A stretch of 33,227 nt of DNA from a virus (lineage: Duplodnaviria; Caudoviricetes). The translations under genes and the position numbers were made by a program. The stretch is from IMG/VR virus record IMGVR_UViG_3300030372_000108, positions 1 through 33,227 of that record. The stretch is one strand, 5' to 3'. This document shows, piece after piece, positions 7,131 to 14,990 of the stretch (the first letter of the stretch is position 1; each line of letters begins with the position of its first letter). The notes under the pieces are model-generated. The model was given only the letters and a program-made list of their open reading frames with translations, was not told the origin of the DNA and did no database searches.

Positions 7131-7815
7131 CTTAGCAAAAACTATGGACACTATCGCAGACTTACACAAGTCGCATGGTGTCAAACAAAAAGGTGGCAAA
7201 CTTTATACACAGGTTGTGCACAGGATGGAAGCCTTTAGACGTATACATGGCACAGACTTTGGTCTTGATACTGAGATATTAGTCAATGATGGCAAGCGAG
7301 TTGTTGTCAAAGCTATTATCACAGACAAAGACAATCGCAAAGTAGGTGCTGGTATGGCAGAAGAAATCAGAGGACAGGGCATGGTCAACACTACATCTGC
7401 CCTAGAGAACGCTGAAACATCTGCAATAGGTAGAGCTTTGGCTAGTCTTGGATTGGCTGGTGGCGAGTATGCAAGTGCAAATGAAATGGATGCAGTTGTC
7501 AGAAAGACGGAAGCTATCAAAGAAAAGCCTAAACCTGTGAAAAAACCTAAGATAGAGTTGAAAGACTTACCACCAAAAGAAATTAAAATACCTAAAATAA
7601 CACCTGAAGAAAGGAGAGAAAGACACGAAGCAAAGGTTCCTGACTTTGAACATTGGTGTCAGCAGAAAAGAACTAAAGATCAATTAGATGCTTATTACAC
7701 TGATTCACAGTCTACCTTAGACGAAATGAAAGAACATAACCCTGACTTGTATAAGAAAGCAATTCAGATATTTGTTAAATATTTAAATGAATTTGAAAGG
7801 AAAACAAATGGCTAA
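7123..7815 (+). CDS. Single-strand annealing protein (Sak/Rad52-like)
   Basis: Y..V..R...FR and SALENAETSAIGRALA.LG motifs; followed by SSB. Confidence 0.75.
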   Translation: MSNLAKTMDTIADLHKSHGVKQKGGKLYTQVVHRMEAFRRIHGTDFGLDTEILVNDGKRVVVKAIITDKDNRKVGAGMAEEIRGQGMVNTTSALENAETSAIGRALASLGLAGGEYASANEMDAVVRKTEAIKEKPKPVKKPKIELKDLPPKEIKIPKITPEERRERHEAKVPDFEHWCQQKRTKDQLDAYYTDSQSTLDEMKEHNPDLYKKAIQIFVKYLNEFERKTNG

Positions 7816-8146
7816 TAAATACATAAAAACTATGAACATAACCTTGTACCCTAACTCAGAGGGTAAAGCTACACATGGTAACTCTAATTGGAAACCATAC
7901 AAAGATGGCTCCCCAGCAGACATACATCTTAGAAAAGATGCTAAGTATTCTGTAAAATTATTTGGTAATGATGATGGCACGTTTGGTCTTGCCGTATCAG
8001 AGGTGGTGCAAGGAGTATACACAGATAGTATATCTGATGGAGTGTCACAACCTGGAATGAAATCACTAGCTCAGACAATAGACCCACCAAAACCTAGTCC
8101 TATTGCTGCTTTAAAAGACGAGCTTGATGATGAAATACCATTCTAA
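7808..8146 (+). CDS. Single-stranded DNA-binding protein-like
   Basis: Probable start MANKY at 7808; acidic C-terminal tail LDDEIPF. Confidence 0.7.
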   Translation: MANKYIKTMNITLYPNSEGKATHGNSNWKPYKDGSPADIHLRKDAKYSVKLFGNDDGTFGLAVSEVVQGVYTDSISDGVSQPGMKSLAQTIDPPKPSPIAALKDELDDEIPF

Positions 8147-8501
8147 ATCATACTATTCCACACAGGAAGCTACCGAACTGATGTTTGGAGATACACCAAG
8201 CAATAGAAAAAGACTAATTCGTTTGCTACAAACAGGAGAAGTCAAAGGTAAAAAGTTTGGTAAGAGATGGTTTGTATTCGCAAGTGAGATAGATGCAGTA
8301 ATGGTATTCGAGGATTGCCCAAAAGCAGTAGCAGAATATGAGCTAGAAGCAAACGTCAAAAGCTACAAACCTGTATCTACAGAAGTCCATGCAGGAGTAT
8401 CAGATTTAGGTGGCATTATTATTGATTCACAAAAGCACGATTACAAGCATGGATCAGCTAGAAATGGCACTAGATTTAGTCACAAAAAAGAGGATAAATA
8501 A
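8124..8501 (+). CDS. Excisionase-like (HTH_17) DNA-binding protein with C-terminal extension
   Basis: YYSTQEA.EL...RL...GEVKGKKFGKRWFV motif. Confidence 0.7.
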   Translation: MMMKYHSKSYYSTQEATELMFGDTPSNRKRLIRLLQTGEVKGKKFGKRWFVFASEIDAVMVFEDCPKAVAEYELEANVKSYKPVSTEVHAGVSDLGGIIIDSQKHDYKHGSARNGTRFSHKKEDK

Positions 8502-8633
8502 TTATTTCTTTTTCTTAGACTTCATTATCTTTTTTTGCAAAGCACTAGGCAATGTCTTTTGCTTTGCAGTTAGACCCTTTTTCTTAGCTGGTCTACCTCT
8601 TTGACTTCCGTAAGTTCCTTTACCCATTGGCAT
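8502..8633 (-). CDS. 43-aa highly basic protein
   Basis: MPMGKGTYGSQRGRPAKKK...KSKKKK; AAAGGAG RBS supports start 8633 rather than 8801. Confidence 0.8.
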   Translation of the reverse strand: MPMGKGTYGSQRGRPAKKKGLTAKQKTLPSALQKKIMKSKKKK

Positions 8634-8667
8634 TGTAGTCTCCTTTTTTAGTTGTATGTATTCGTAT

Positions 8668-8964
8668 TTACTTCTTTTTTCCTTTATTACGCTTACTAAT
8701 TGCAGCAGCTTTTCTTTTAGCGTCTGCTTTACTACTAGCACCCCATGCACGAAGCGACAATAGTAATCTTGTAGGCTTTCCATTTTTCTTTTCAGGTCCA
8801 CGCATACCTCCCATTCTAGCTAGAAAACTTGCTCGTCTTGGATTGTCTCCTCTTTTTACAGGAGCTTTTAATGTACCACCCTTATATGATGCACGACCTT
8901 TGGCATTTAGTCCACCCTTGGGATTCTTACCTGCCTTACGTTGCCATGCTGGAGTCTTAGGCAC
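8668..8964 (-). CDS. Basic protein, DUF6321-like
   Basis: AWQRK.GKNP.GGLN.KGRASY...RRASF.ARM.GM.G...SLRAW motif. Confidence 0.8.
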   Translation of the reverse strand: MPKTPAWQRKAGKNPKGGLNAKGRASYKGGTLKAPVKRGDNPRRASFLARMGGMRGPEKKNGKPTRLLLSLRAWGASSKADAKRKAAAISKRNKGKKK

Positions 8965-9403
8965 TGTCTACGTTCCTCATTCTTTCACATAATCTCTCTG
9001 CACGATTAGTAACTTGTTCATACCATTTACTATCTTGCATCTGGTTAGCTGCTTCTTGCCAATCTTTATCTAATACAGCTTTCTTCATCTTGTGGAACCT
9101 AGAAAGCCTTGGTCTGCCTAGATTAAACATCATATTGCCTATGATCTTTTGCACTTCTTCAGGCAAACTGTCAAAGTCATCATACAAATATCTACATTCT
9201 TCTAATGTTACATTTATATCTTTTTCAAATAACTCATTAACTCTATCATCTGAAACAATAGTTCCAACAGGCTGGTCATATTCTTCATCCCATTCAGTAA
9301 CCAAGTGACCCACACCTAGCGTCTTTAAATTTAAATGGTCTAAATACACAGAGTTTACACAACCTTCATCTGCCTTTATTTCATTTTTTAGATCTTCTAT
9401 CAT
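8957..9403 (-). CDS. Endolysin, T4-type lysozyme (GH24)
   Basis: DEG..Y.D..(G)..T.G.GH catalytic E/D/T pattern; M.FNLG, AA.QM.DSKW..Q..NRA.RL. Confidence 0.92.
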   Translation of the reverse strand: MIEDLKNEIKADEGCVNSVYLDHLNLKTLGVGHLVTEWDEEYDQPVGTIVSDDRVNELFEKDINVTLEECRYLYDDFDSLPEEVQKIIGNMMFNLGRPRLSRFHKMKKAVLDKDWQEAANQMQDSKWYEQVTNRAERLCERMRNVDSA

Positions 9404-9663
9404 TAAGTAATCTTTCTAAATCTTTTCGTTTTTGCTGCAATCTTTTTGGGTTGTTTAGATACCTGTTTACCTGATCTACTTGCTCTGCGTTTAGCAGCCG
9501 TAGTCTTGGCGTATTCTTTGGAACTAAGAGCCTTAATTGCTTTTTCAGGAAGATAACGTTCACCTGTAGCCTTTGACCCTTGTGTACTAGGCTTGCCACT
9601 CTTGGTTCTCCACTTTTGCTTTGTCCAAGACTTTAATGATCTTTGTCGTTTTGTAAGTGCCAT
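9403..9663 (-). CDS. Basic protein, C-terminal half of a DUF5872-like domain
   Basis: SLK.WTKQKWRTKSGK...ERYLP.KA...EYA.T..KR...GKQ..KQP. Confidence 0.8.
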   Translation of the reverse strand: MALTKRQRSLKSWTKQKWRTKSGKPSTQGSKATGERYLPEKAIKALSSKEYAKTTAAKRRASRSGKQVSKQPKKIAAKTKRFRKIT

Positions 9664-9818
9664 TATTTACCAACTTTTTTCATAGCTTTCTTGTGACTAG
9701 CTGTAAATGACATACCTGCCATCATGTCCTTTTTCATGCTAGACATATGTTTTGCACTATGATGTTTGGCATGACGTTTAAGAGTTTCTTTTTGTCTTGA
9801 GGTTAGTGCTTTCTTCAT
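9663..9818 (-). CDS. 51-aa His/Met/Lys-rich protein (not in ORF track)
   Basis: MKKALTSRQKETLKRHAKHHSAKHMSSMKKDMMAGMSFTASHKKAMKKVGK*; GGAGG RBS; overlaps at both ends. Confidence 0.8.
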   Translation of the reverse strand: MKKALTSRQKETLKRHAKHHSAKHMSSMKKDMMAGMSFTASHKKAMKKVGK

Positions 9819-9991
9819 CTGTAGCCACCTCCTTTAGCTTTATATTGTTTGGCAAGCATCTGTGCTTTTCTAGCTGACCATTGTCCAGGTCTACCACCTT
9901 TACCACTAGATTTAATCCTATTAAACAAAGCCTTTCTCATAGTAGGCTTGGTGTAGTTGCCTGATTTGTTGACTGTTGATTTCTTTTTCAT
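9815..9991 (-). CDS. 58-aa basic protein, N-terminal half of a DUF5872-like domain (not in ORF track)
   Basis: MKKKSTVNKSGNYTKPTMRKALFNRIKSSGKGGRPGQWSARKAQMLAKQYKAKGGGYR*. Confidence 0.82.
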   Translation of the reverse strand: MKKKSTVNKSGNYTKPTMRKALFNRIKSSGKGGRPGQWSARKAQMLAKQYKAKGGGYR

Positions 9992-10093
9992 TTATCTACC
10001 TTGTCTTTTTTTTACACATTGCACATGACGATAATAGAAATAATTACCAATCTTATTAAAAAACTTAGATAATTTCAACCAGTTCCACATCAT
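9992..10093 (-). CDS. 33-aa basic amphipathic peptide (not in ORF track)
   Basis: MMWNWLKLSKFFNKIGNYFYYRHVQCVKKRQGR*; fills the gap exactly with ATGA coupling. Confidence 0.6.
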   Translation of the reverse strand: MMWNWLKLSKFFNKIGNYFYYRHVQCVKKRQGR

Positions 10094-10200
10094 TTCTTTT
10101 TAATCTTCTTTAATACACCCTTGAGTGTCTTTGCTTGTTTAGCGTGTGACTTACTAGCTTTGGTCAAACCTTTAATAACTTTTTTTATTTTTTTCTTCAT
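10090..10200 (-). CDS. 36-aa Lys-rich amphipathic peptide (not in ORF track)
   Basis: MKKKIKKVIKGLTKASKSHAKQAKTLKGVLKKIKKK*; ATGA overlap with the holin stop. Confidence 0.7.
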   Translation of the reverse strand: MKKKIKKVIKGLTKASKSHAKQAKTLKGVLKKIKKK

Positions 10201-10604
10201 TTTTTCATGTTCTCCCTTGCAACACCTTTTGATTTCTCGAATGATCTCATACCACCAAGTCCTAATAATGATAGTGTTAATGTCATCAATTCTCCTGTGT
10301 TTAACTCAGGCAATATAACATCAGGCATCCATATACTTGTTGCCCATTCTGCAATCGGCATCAGAAAAAATTGTGTCAATAAACCTAATGCACAAATCCA
10401 CATGATAGCTGGTCTAGCTCCAGCAACAAATAAACTAGGATGTTTCGCTTGAACAACATTAGCTTCTATCTGACCTTTGGCTAGTTCTTGTGCGTGTTTC
10501 TGTGCAATCGTAGCTAAGTCATGTGCTAGTTTATTCTTTTGGTCTTTGTCCTCTATAAACTTACCTAGTAAGTTACTTACTGGACCTATTAACGCTGTTA
10601 ACAT
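10197..10604 (-). CDS. Holin (GTA 3TM-holin-like)
   Basis: Start MLTALIGPV (GGGAG RBS); FVAG.RP.I.WIC and LLGLGGMRSFEK.KGV motifs. Confidence 0.88.
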   Translation of the reverse strand: MLTALIGPVSNLLGKFIEDKDQKNKLAHDLATIAQKHAQELAKGQIEANVVQAKHPSLFVAGARPAIMWICALGLLTQFFLMPIAEWATSIWMPDVILPELNTGELMTLTLSLLGLGGMRSFEKSKGVARENMKK

Positions 10605-10809
10605 TGTTGTCTCCCTTATGTTCGTGACCCATCCATATACCAAATACACCAGTCATAACACCCATAACTACAGATACAAACGCAGACTGACTAGCTGTTG
10701 GTGCATCTAAATCCATAAACCATTCGGCACATCTCCAGGACATTATTGTACTAGCAAGCATCATAAATCTTGGTAGTATCTTCCATCTTAAAAAAGTATC
10801 TACATTCAT
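10573..10809 (-). CDS. Small two-TM holin-like protein
   Basis: WKILPR.MML...WFM.L..PT..QSAFVS..G.MTG.F.IW. Confidence 0.7.
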   Translation of the reverse strand: MNVDTFLRWKILPRFMMLASTIMSWRCAEWFMDLDAPTASQSAFVSVVMGVMTGVFGIWMGHEHKGDNNVNSVNRSSK

Positions 10810-11015
10810 TGTATTAAAATCTCATTTAATCCAAAGCCTTCCAATAAGACTAAAGTAAAAAATAACAAAAGAATACCACCTGCTATCAACTTACCACTAA
10901 AATTAGTGGAGCCAATCTTAATAGCAACAAACTCATTACCTAGTATTCTTAGCGATAACTCAAAGCTGTTTTGTCCTATGTCTAAGTTAACAATTTTCTT
11001 TTTATCTTCTGTCAT
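10806..11015 (-). CDS. Small membrane protein
   Basis: FELSLRILGNEF motif plus C-terminal TM segment. Confidence 0.7.
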   Translation of the reverse strand: MTEDKKKIVNLDIGQNSFELSLRILGNEFVAIKIGSTNFSGKLIAGGILLLFFTLVLLEGFGLNEILIQ

Positions 11016-11215
11016 TAGTAAACTCTCACTTTCTTTTCGTCTACTTGTGGTACAAGTTTACATATACATTTGTATATTACTTCCTCACCAGTAGCACTGT
11101 CATATGTTTGTTCACTTAAATACTTTGTATAATAACTACAATCATTAATAGATCTAAAATAAATTGTACCATTTAATGATCCATTAAGATAACAAGCCAA
11201 CATAAATGCTGTCAT
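11015..11215 (-). CDS. Small four-Cys protein
   Basis: 66 aa, C..YF.S..DC..Y...C.C; translationally coupled on both sides. Confidence 0.7.
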   Translation of the reverse strand: MTAFMLACYLNGSLNGTIYFRSINDCSYYTKYLSEQTYDSATGEEVIYKCICKLVPQVDEKKVRVY

Positions 11216-11943
11216 TTTGCTATACTCCTTAAACTTTCCATTATTTGATCTATGTTAGGTTCTTTACCATTAGGATTAAGAACACATTTATATTTTCTAG
11301 GACAGCCAATATGTATGTCAGTAAATTCTAACTCATATGTTTTATTAGCACCTTGATATATACAAGCCATTTTATCTTTGTAAACTTTTTGTTTCATTAA
11401 TCTACAAGTTGTCATAGTTGGTAAAACTATTTCACCTCTTTGTATTTTTTGTTGTCTTGTATAATCTTTAGCAAATGCTTTTACATACATAGCAATGATA
11501 ATACCTAATACTGCAATAACACAGAAAACAATCCCTGCTGTTTGCAATACATCAATTATTTCTTTTTGCTTTTGTCTGGCTTCAATACGTTGAATTTTTT
11601 TAGCTTCTTTAACTTTGTTTATTCTATCTGCTCGTTCAGCTATGATCTGATCCCATGCAGTAGGACCAAATCTAAGATTAATCATGTTCTTTAATTCATT
11701 TCTTTTTTCTTCAAGCAGTTTCCTATCAATGAAATCAGATGCACTTGATTCAACAGATCCAAACTGTTCAGCAATAGACATACCTTTACCTGATGATTTA
11801 TTCATTTGAGCTTCCCCCTCAAAGAATCCATCAATCTGTTTAGCTATATCTTTTATATCGTTGACTGTACCTATGTTGCTCTTTATGAAATCTACTGACT
11901 TTTGTACTAGAGCAATACCAGTAAGAATTTCTGCAACTACCAT
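11212..11943 (-). CDS. Membrane protein: helical N-domain, TM, four-Cys C-domain
   Basis: 243 aa; TM IVFCVIAVLGIIIAMYV; TTCRL..ACIYQGAN..GCPRKYKC. Confidence 0.75.
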   Translation of the reverse strand: MVVAEILTGIALVQKSVDFIKSNIGTVNDIKDIAKQIDGFFEGEAQMNKSSGKGMSIAEQFGSVESSASDFIDRKLLEEKRNELKNMINLRFGPTAWDQIIAERADRINKVKEAKKIQRIEARQKQKEIIDVLQTAGIVFCVIAVLGIIIAMYVKAFAKDYTRQQKIQRGEIVLPTMTTCRLMKQKVYKDKMACIYQGANKTYELEFTDIHIGCPRKYKCVLNPNGKEPNIDQIMESLRSIAK

Positions 11944-11945
11944 AC

Positions 11946-12113
11946 TTACCTCAAGAGCAACCCTGCCATCATTAGTATCATAGTACCTGCTGTACCAATC
12001 ATAATTGCTTCAATGCGTTTGATTCGTAAGATAGTTTCTTTCCATCTCTCAGCACATACTGCTTCATGTGTATCTATCTGTGCTTTTACTTCACTGGCTT
12101 TAACCATTTGCAT
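11946..12113 (-). CDS. 55-aa XhlA/holin-like membrane protein (not in ORF track)
   Basis: MQMVKASEVKAQIDTHEAVCAERWKETILRIKRIEAIMIGTAGTMILMMAGLLLR*; HEAVCAER motif plus C-terminal TM. Confidence 0.8.
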   Translation of the reverse strand: MQMVKASEVKAQIDTHEAVCAERWKETILRIKRIEAIMIGTAGTMILMMAGLLLR

Positions 12114-12258
12114 CTATCTCTTTAGCAATATCTTGTATACGTCTTTCCAAAACATTGATGGTAGTAAAAAAATGACCTTTACCACCACCTTCTGTTTGAG
12201 TCTTTAAATATGCAACTTCATCTTTTAATGCTAACAAATGTTGTAATTTAGATTTCAT
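12100..12258 (-). CDS. 52-aa hypothetical protein (not in ORF track)
   Basis: MKSKLQHLLALKDEVAYLKTQTEGGGKGHFFTTINVLERRIQDIAKEIDANG*; AAGG RBS. Confidence 0.7.
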   Translation of the reverse strand: MKSKLQHLLALKDEVAYLKTQTEGGGKGHFFTTINVLERRIQDIAKEIDANG

Positions 12259-12282
12259 CTACCTTGCCTTTGTCTTAAATAT

Positions 12283-12504
12283 TTAACTAACTTTTTTCTC
12301 TTTTGGTTCTTCAAGTGATGCAAGTAATTTATTGATAAACGCATCTTGTGCCACACTAGACTGGTCTAACTCAAACCTAAGATTAGTGACCTTTTGCTGT
12401 AAGACCTTTATGTGTGATACTATTAGTTTTTGGTTGGCATCGAAGTTATTTTGGTCATATTCTTTATCGTAAATCTTAATAATATTAGAATTATCTTTTG
12501 TCAT
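12283..12504 (-). CDS. Small coiled-coil protein downstream of tail fibre (possible chaperone)
   Basis: 73 aa; I.DKEY...LQ.K...L.F.LDQ..VA..AF...L pattern. Confidence 0.75.
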   Translation of the reverse strand: MTKDNSNIIKIYDKEYDQNNFDANQKLIVSHIKVLQQKVTNLRFELDQSSVAQDAFINKLLASLEEPKEKKVS

Positions 12505-12795
12505 TTATACCTCTTGTGATTCTTTCCATGTTTTGTAATTAGCTTTGACTGTATCTGTCCAAACTGCATTTGCTACTGCCTGAACATCTGCATCTAATCC
12601 TGAAATATCTGTTGCAGTATGTGTCCACTTACCATCTGAATCTTTATCTGAAATAAAAGGTGTATAGCCAGTTCTATGGAAACTTCTATTAATCTCTACA
12701 CCATCTTCTTTAATAATAGTTGCTTGCCTTACTTGGATTTGCCAACCATTTATTACTTCAATTTTATCATTTTCTATAGTTTTTGTAATTGCCAT
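12505..12795 (-). CDS. Tail fibre assembly chaperone-like protein
   Basis: DKIEV...QVR.A..I..DG.EI.RSFHR...VQAVANAVWT; follows the fibre gene. Confidence 0.7.
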   Translation of the reverse strand: MAITKTIENDKIEVINGWQIQVRQATIIKEDGVEINRSFHRTGYTPFISDKDSDGKWTHTATDISGLDADVQAVANAVWTDTVKANYKTWKESQEV

Positions 12796-12804
12796 AATTT
12801 TCTC

Positions 12805-14943
12805 CTAAGATGTTGTTCTATAAGTACCTACCATAGTGTACTGTCCATTGTCTCTTTGAACATATGTGCCAGACTGCCAAGCACTACTGCCATTGCCTTC
12901 TCTAAAAGTAACATGACCACTTCCTGATGCTACAGAACCATTTGAAAACATTATACCCACAACACCAAAAACAGCAGTTTCTGCCAAATGAAATATTACT
13001 GCATTGTCTGTTACAAAAGGTAGTCCAGCAACTTCTAAACCACTACCACCATTATCTGTGTTAATAACCATTCTTGCTTCAATATGCACTAACTGACCTA
13101 CTTTTACATATTTAGCTGTATGAGTACCTTGTGTTGGCTCTGTTCCACTTTCTCCTCTAATTGTTGGTGACCAAGTGCCTTCTTCATAATCGTCAAGAGT
13201 ATTTGCATCAGTATTTGATGTTGCACCTAAGACAATACCCTTACCAGCAGTCGCAAAAACTAAATCACCAGTACCCACATGAACATCGCCACCTGATTTA
13301 ACAACTAAATCACCTGCATTGCCATCAACTCCAATCTCACCACCTATAATAGCTACATCACCTATGCCTTTAATTCTAAAGACACCACTTGAACTATTAT
13401 CTCCAGTTCCAAATATTTGTGCTGTAACTGCTTCACTATTGTTTTGAAATTGTAACCCTAATACTTGAGATGCAGTATCTCCAGTAGTTCTGAATGTCAT
13501 TAAATCATTATTACTGCCATCAATGAGAAACTTACCATTTAATGTTGTTAATCCACCAACAGTTAAAGTAGATGCCATATCGACTGCACCATCTATGTCC
13601 ACAACATCAAGGTTAGTTGTGCCATCTACATCTATGTCACCTGATATATCTAATGATCCGAATGTTCCTACACCAGTAGTTGTAATCGCTGATGAGCCAG
13701 TATCAATCGTTCCAAATCCAGAGGTTATTGATCCTGAGTTTAATGCACCAGTTGTAACTATGCTTGAACTACCTGCAACAGCAGATGCTCCAATATCACT
13801 TAATACCTCACTTGCAGATCTACCCTCTATTGACGTACCTGCCACTCTAAGAAAGTCATCATCAGCCACGCCACTTGTAAAAACTGGTATGTTCGTATTT
13901 GATATTCCAGTAGTGAATGTAGATATTGTTGTCCAGGCAGAACCAGTATAAACCTTTAAAACATTTGAGCTGGTATTAAAATATAAATCACCAGCAGTTA
14001 ATGAATCTCCATCATTATCAACAGATGGATCACTAGACTTAGCACCAAGAAATATATCATCAAAATTATCTAAAGCTGTTGCTGCACTTGCTGCACTAGC
14101 TGCTGCTGCTGTTGCACTATTTGATGCGTTAGTTGCTTGAGTAGACGCTGTACTTGCACTTGTGCTTGCATTTGATGCCTGAGTAGATGCTGTGCTTGCA
14201 CTACTCGCTGCTGCCGTTGCTGAAGATGCAGCAGCAGTGGCTTTTGTTGTTGCAGTTGTTGCAGATGTTGCTGCTGATACGGCATCTACTAATAATTCAA
14301 AATGATCTGTGTCTGTTAGTGTGTCTCCAATAACTGAGTCTGCAACACAAATGTATATATTGTTTAGTTGTGCTGTAGTTGTAGCCTTGACTATATCTCT
14401 TACAGTAAAAGCTGCTGTAGTTGTTGTTGCACTGTCACCTTTAAATGTACCTAATTCCTGTGTAACAGCTAATTCACCACTTGCATTAAAAGATAATACC
14501 TTACTAGCTCTGTCTGTTGCTGACGTTGTAAATTCTGTAGATGTCATTGTATTAGTTCTTGATAACTTAATACTTCTATCTATTTCTTCCTGCATTTGCT
14601 GTGATATAAATGTCAGTCTGTCTAACGCATCTTCATGTGTGGCTGCTGGAAAAGGATCATTTGCAACATAGTCTGTAGCTTGCGTTATACCCATGTTACG
14701 TCTAATAACAACAGTAACGCCACTAGCAGGAGCAGAACCAAACACAACATTACCACCACTTGCATTACCTGCATTTGTAACTGTGTAATGAGTTGTAAGT
14801 GACTGCACTGTTTCTGCACCAGTAGATGCTCTCAGTATTACAGTTAAGTCAGCATCTGCAAATATCTTAAAGCCATAGGCAAATGTTGTGGTACTGCCGT
14901 TGCCACTATAGCTGTTTCTTGTTGTGGTGCTACTAACTGTCAT
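12805..14943 (-). CDS. Tail fibre protein
   Basis: T7 gp17-like N-terminal anchor (YSGNGSTTTF.YGF), Ala/Ser/Thr-rich stalk, beta-rich repeats, LDDYEEGTW tip domain. Confidence 0.92.
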   Translation of the reverse strand: MTVSSTTTRNSYSGNGSTTTFAYGFKIFADADLTVILRASTGAETVQSLTTHYTVTNAGNASGGNVVFGSAPASGVTVVIRRNMGITQATDYVANDPFPAATHEDALDRLTFISQQMQEEIDRSIKLSRTNTMTSTEFTTSATDRASKVLSFNASGELAVTQELGTFKGDSATTTTAAFTVRDIVKATTTAQLNNIYICVADSVIGDTLTDTDHFELLVDAVSAATSATTATTKATAAASSATAAASSASTASTQASNASTSASTASTQATNASNSATAAAASAASAATALDNFDDIFLGAKSSDPSVDNDGDSLTAGDLYFNTSSNVLKVYTGSAWTTISTFTTGISNTNIPVFTSGVADDDFLRVAGTSIEGRSASEVLSDIGASAVAGSSSIVTTGALNSGSITSGFGTIDTGSSAITTTGVGTFGSLDISGDIDVDGTTNLDVVDIDGAVDMASTLTVGGLTTLNGKFLIDGSNNDLMTFRTTGDTASQVLGLQFQNNSEAVTAQIFGTGDNSSSGVFRIKGIGDVAIIGGEIGVDGNAGDLVVKSGGDVHVGTGDLVFATAGKGIVLGATSNTDANTLDDYEEGTWSPTIRGESGTEPTQGTHTAKYVKVGQLVHIEARMVINTDNGGSGLEVAGLPFVTDNAVIFHLAETAVFGVVGIMFSNGSVASGSGHVTFREGNGSSAWQSGTYVQRDNGQYTMVGTYRTTS

Positions 14944-14990
14944 ATCTACCTCATTTTTTTGTTATATACTTTTTTTGTAAAATAATCAAA

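Noticed and set aside
8634-8801. N-terminal extension of the 99-aa ORF 8502-8801
   Set aside because: It overlaps the DUF6321-like gene; the strong RBS supports a start at 8633.
11015-11215. MLAC as an o-spanin lipobox
   Set aside because: Cys at position 8 with no basic n-region and too short a hydrophobic stretch.
14070-14285. Gln-rich ORF suggesting a frameshift product or repeat array
   Set aside because: Alternate-frame reading of the Ala/Ser/Thr codons of the tail fibre stalk.
12805-14943. BPP-1-like diversity-generating retroelement acting on the tail fibre
   Set aside because: No reverse transcriptase and no template/variable repeat pair seen.
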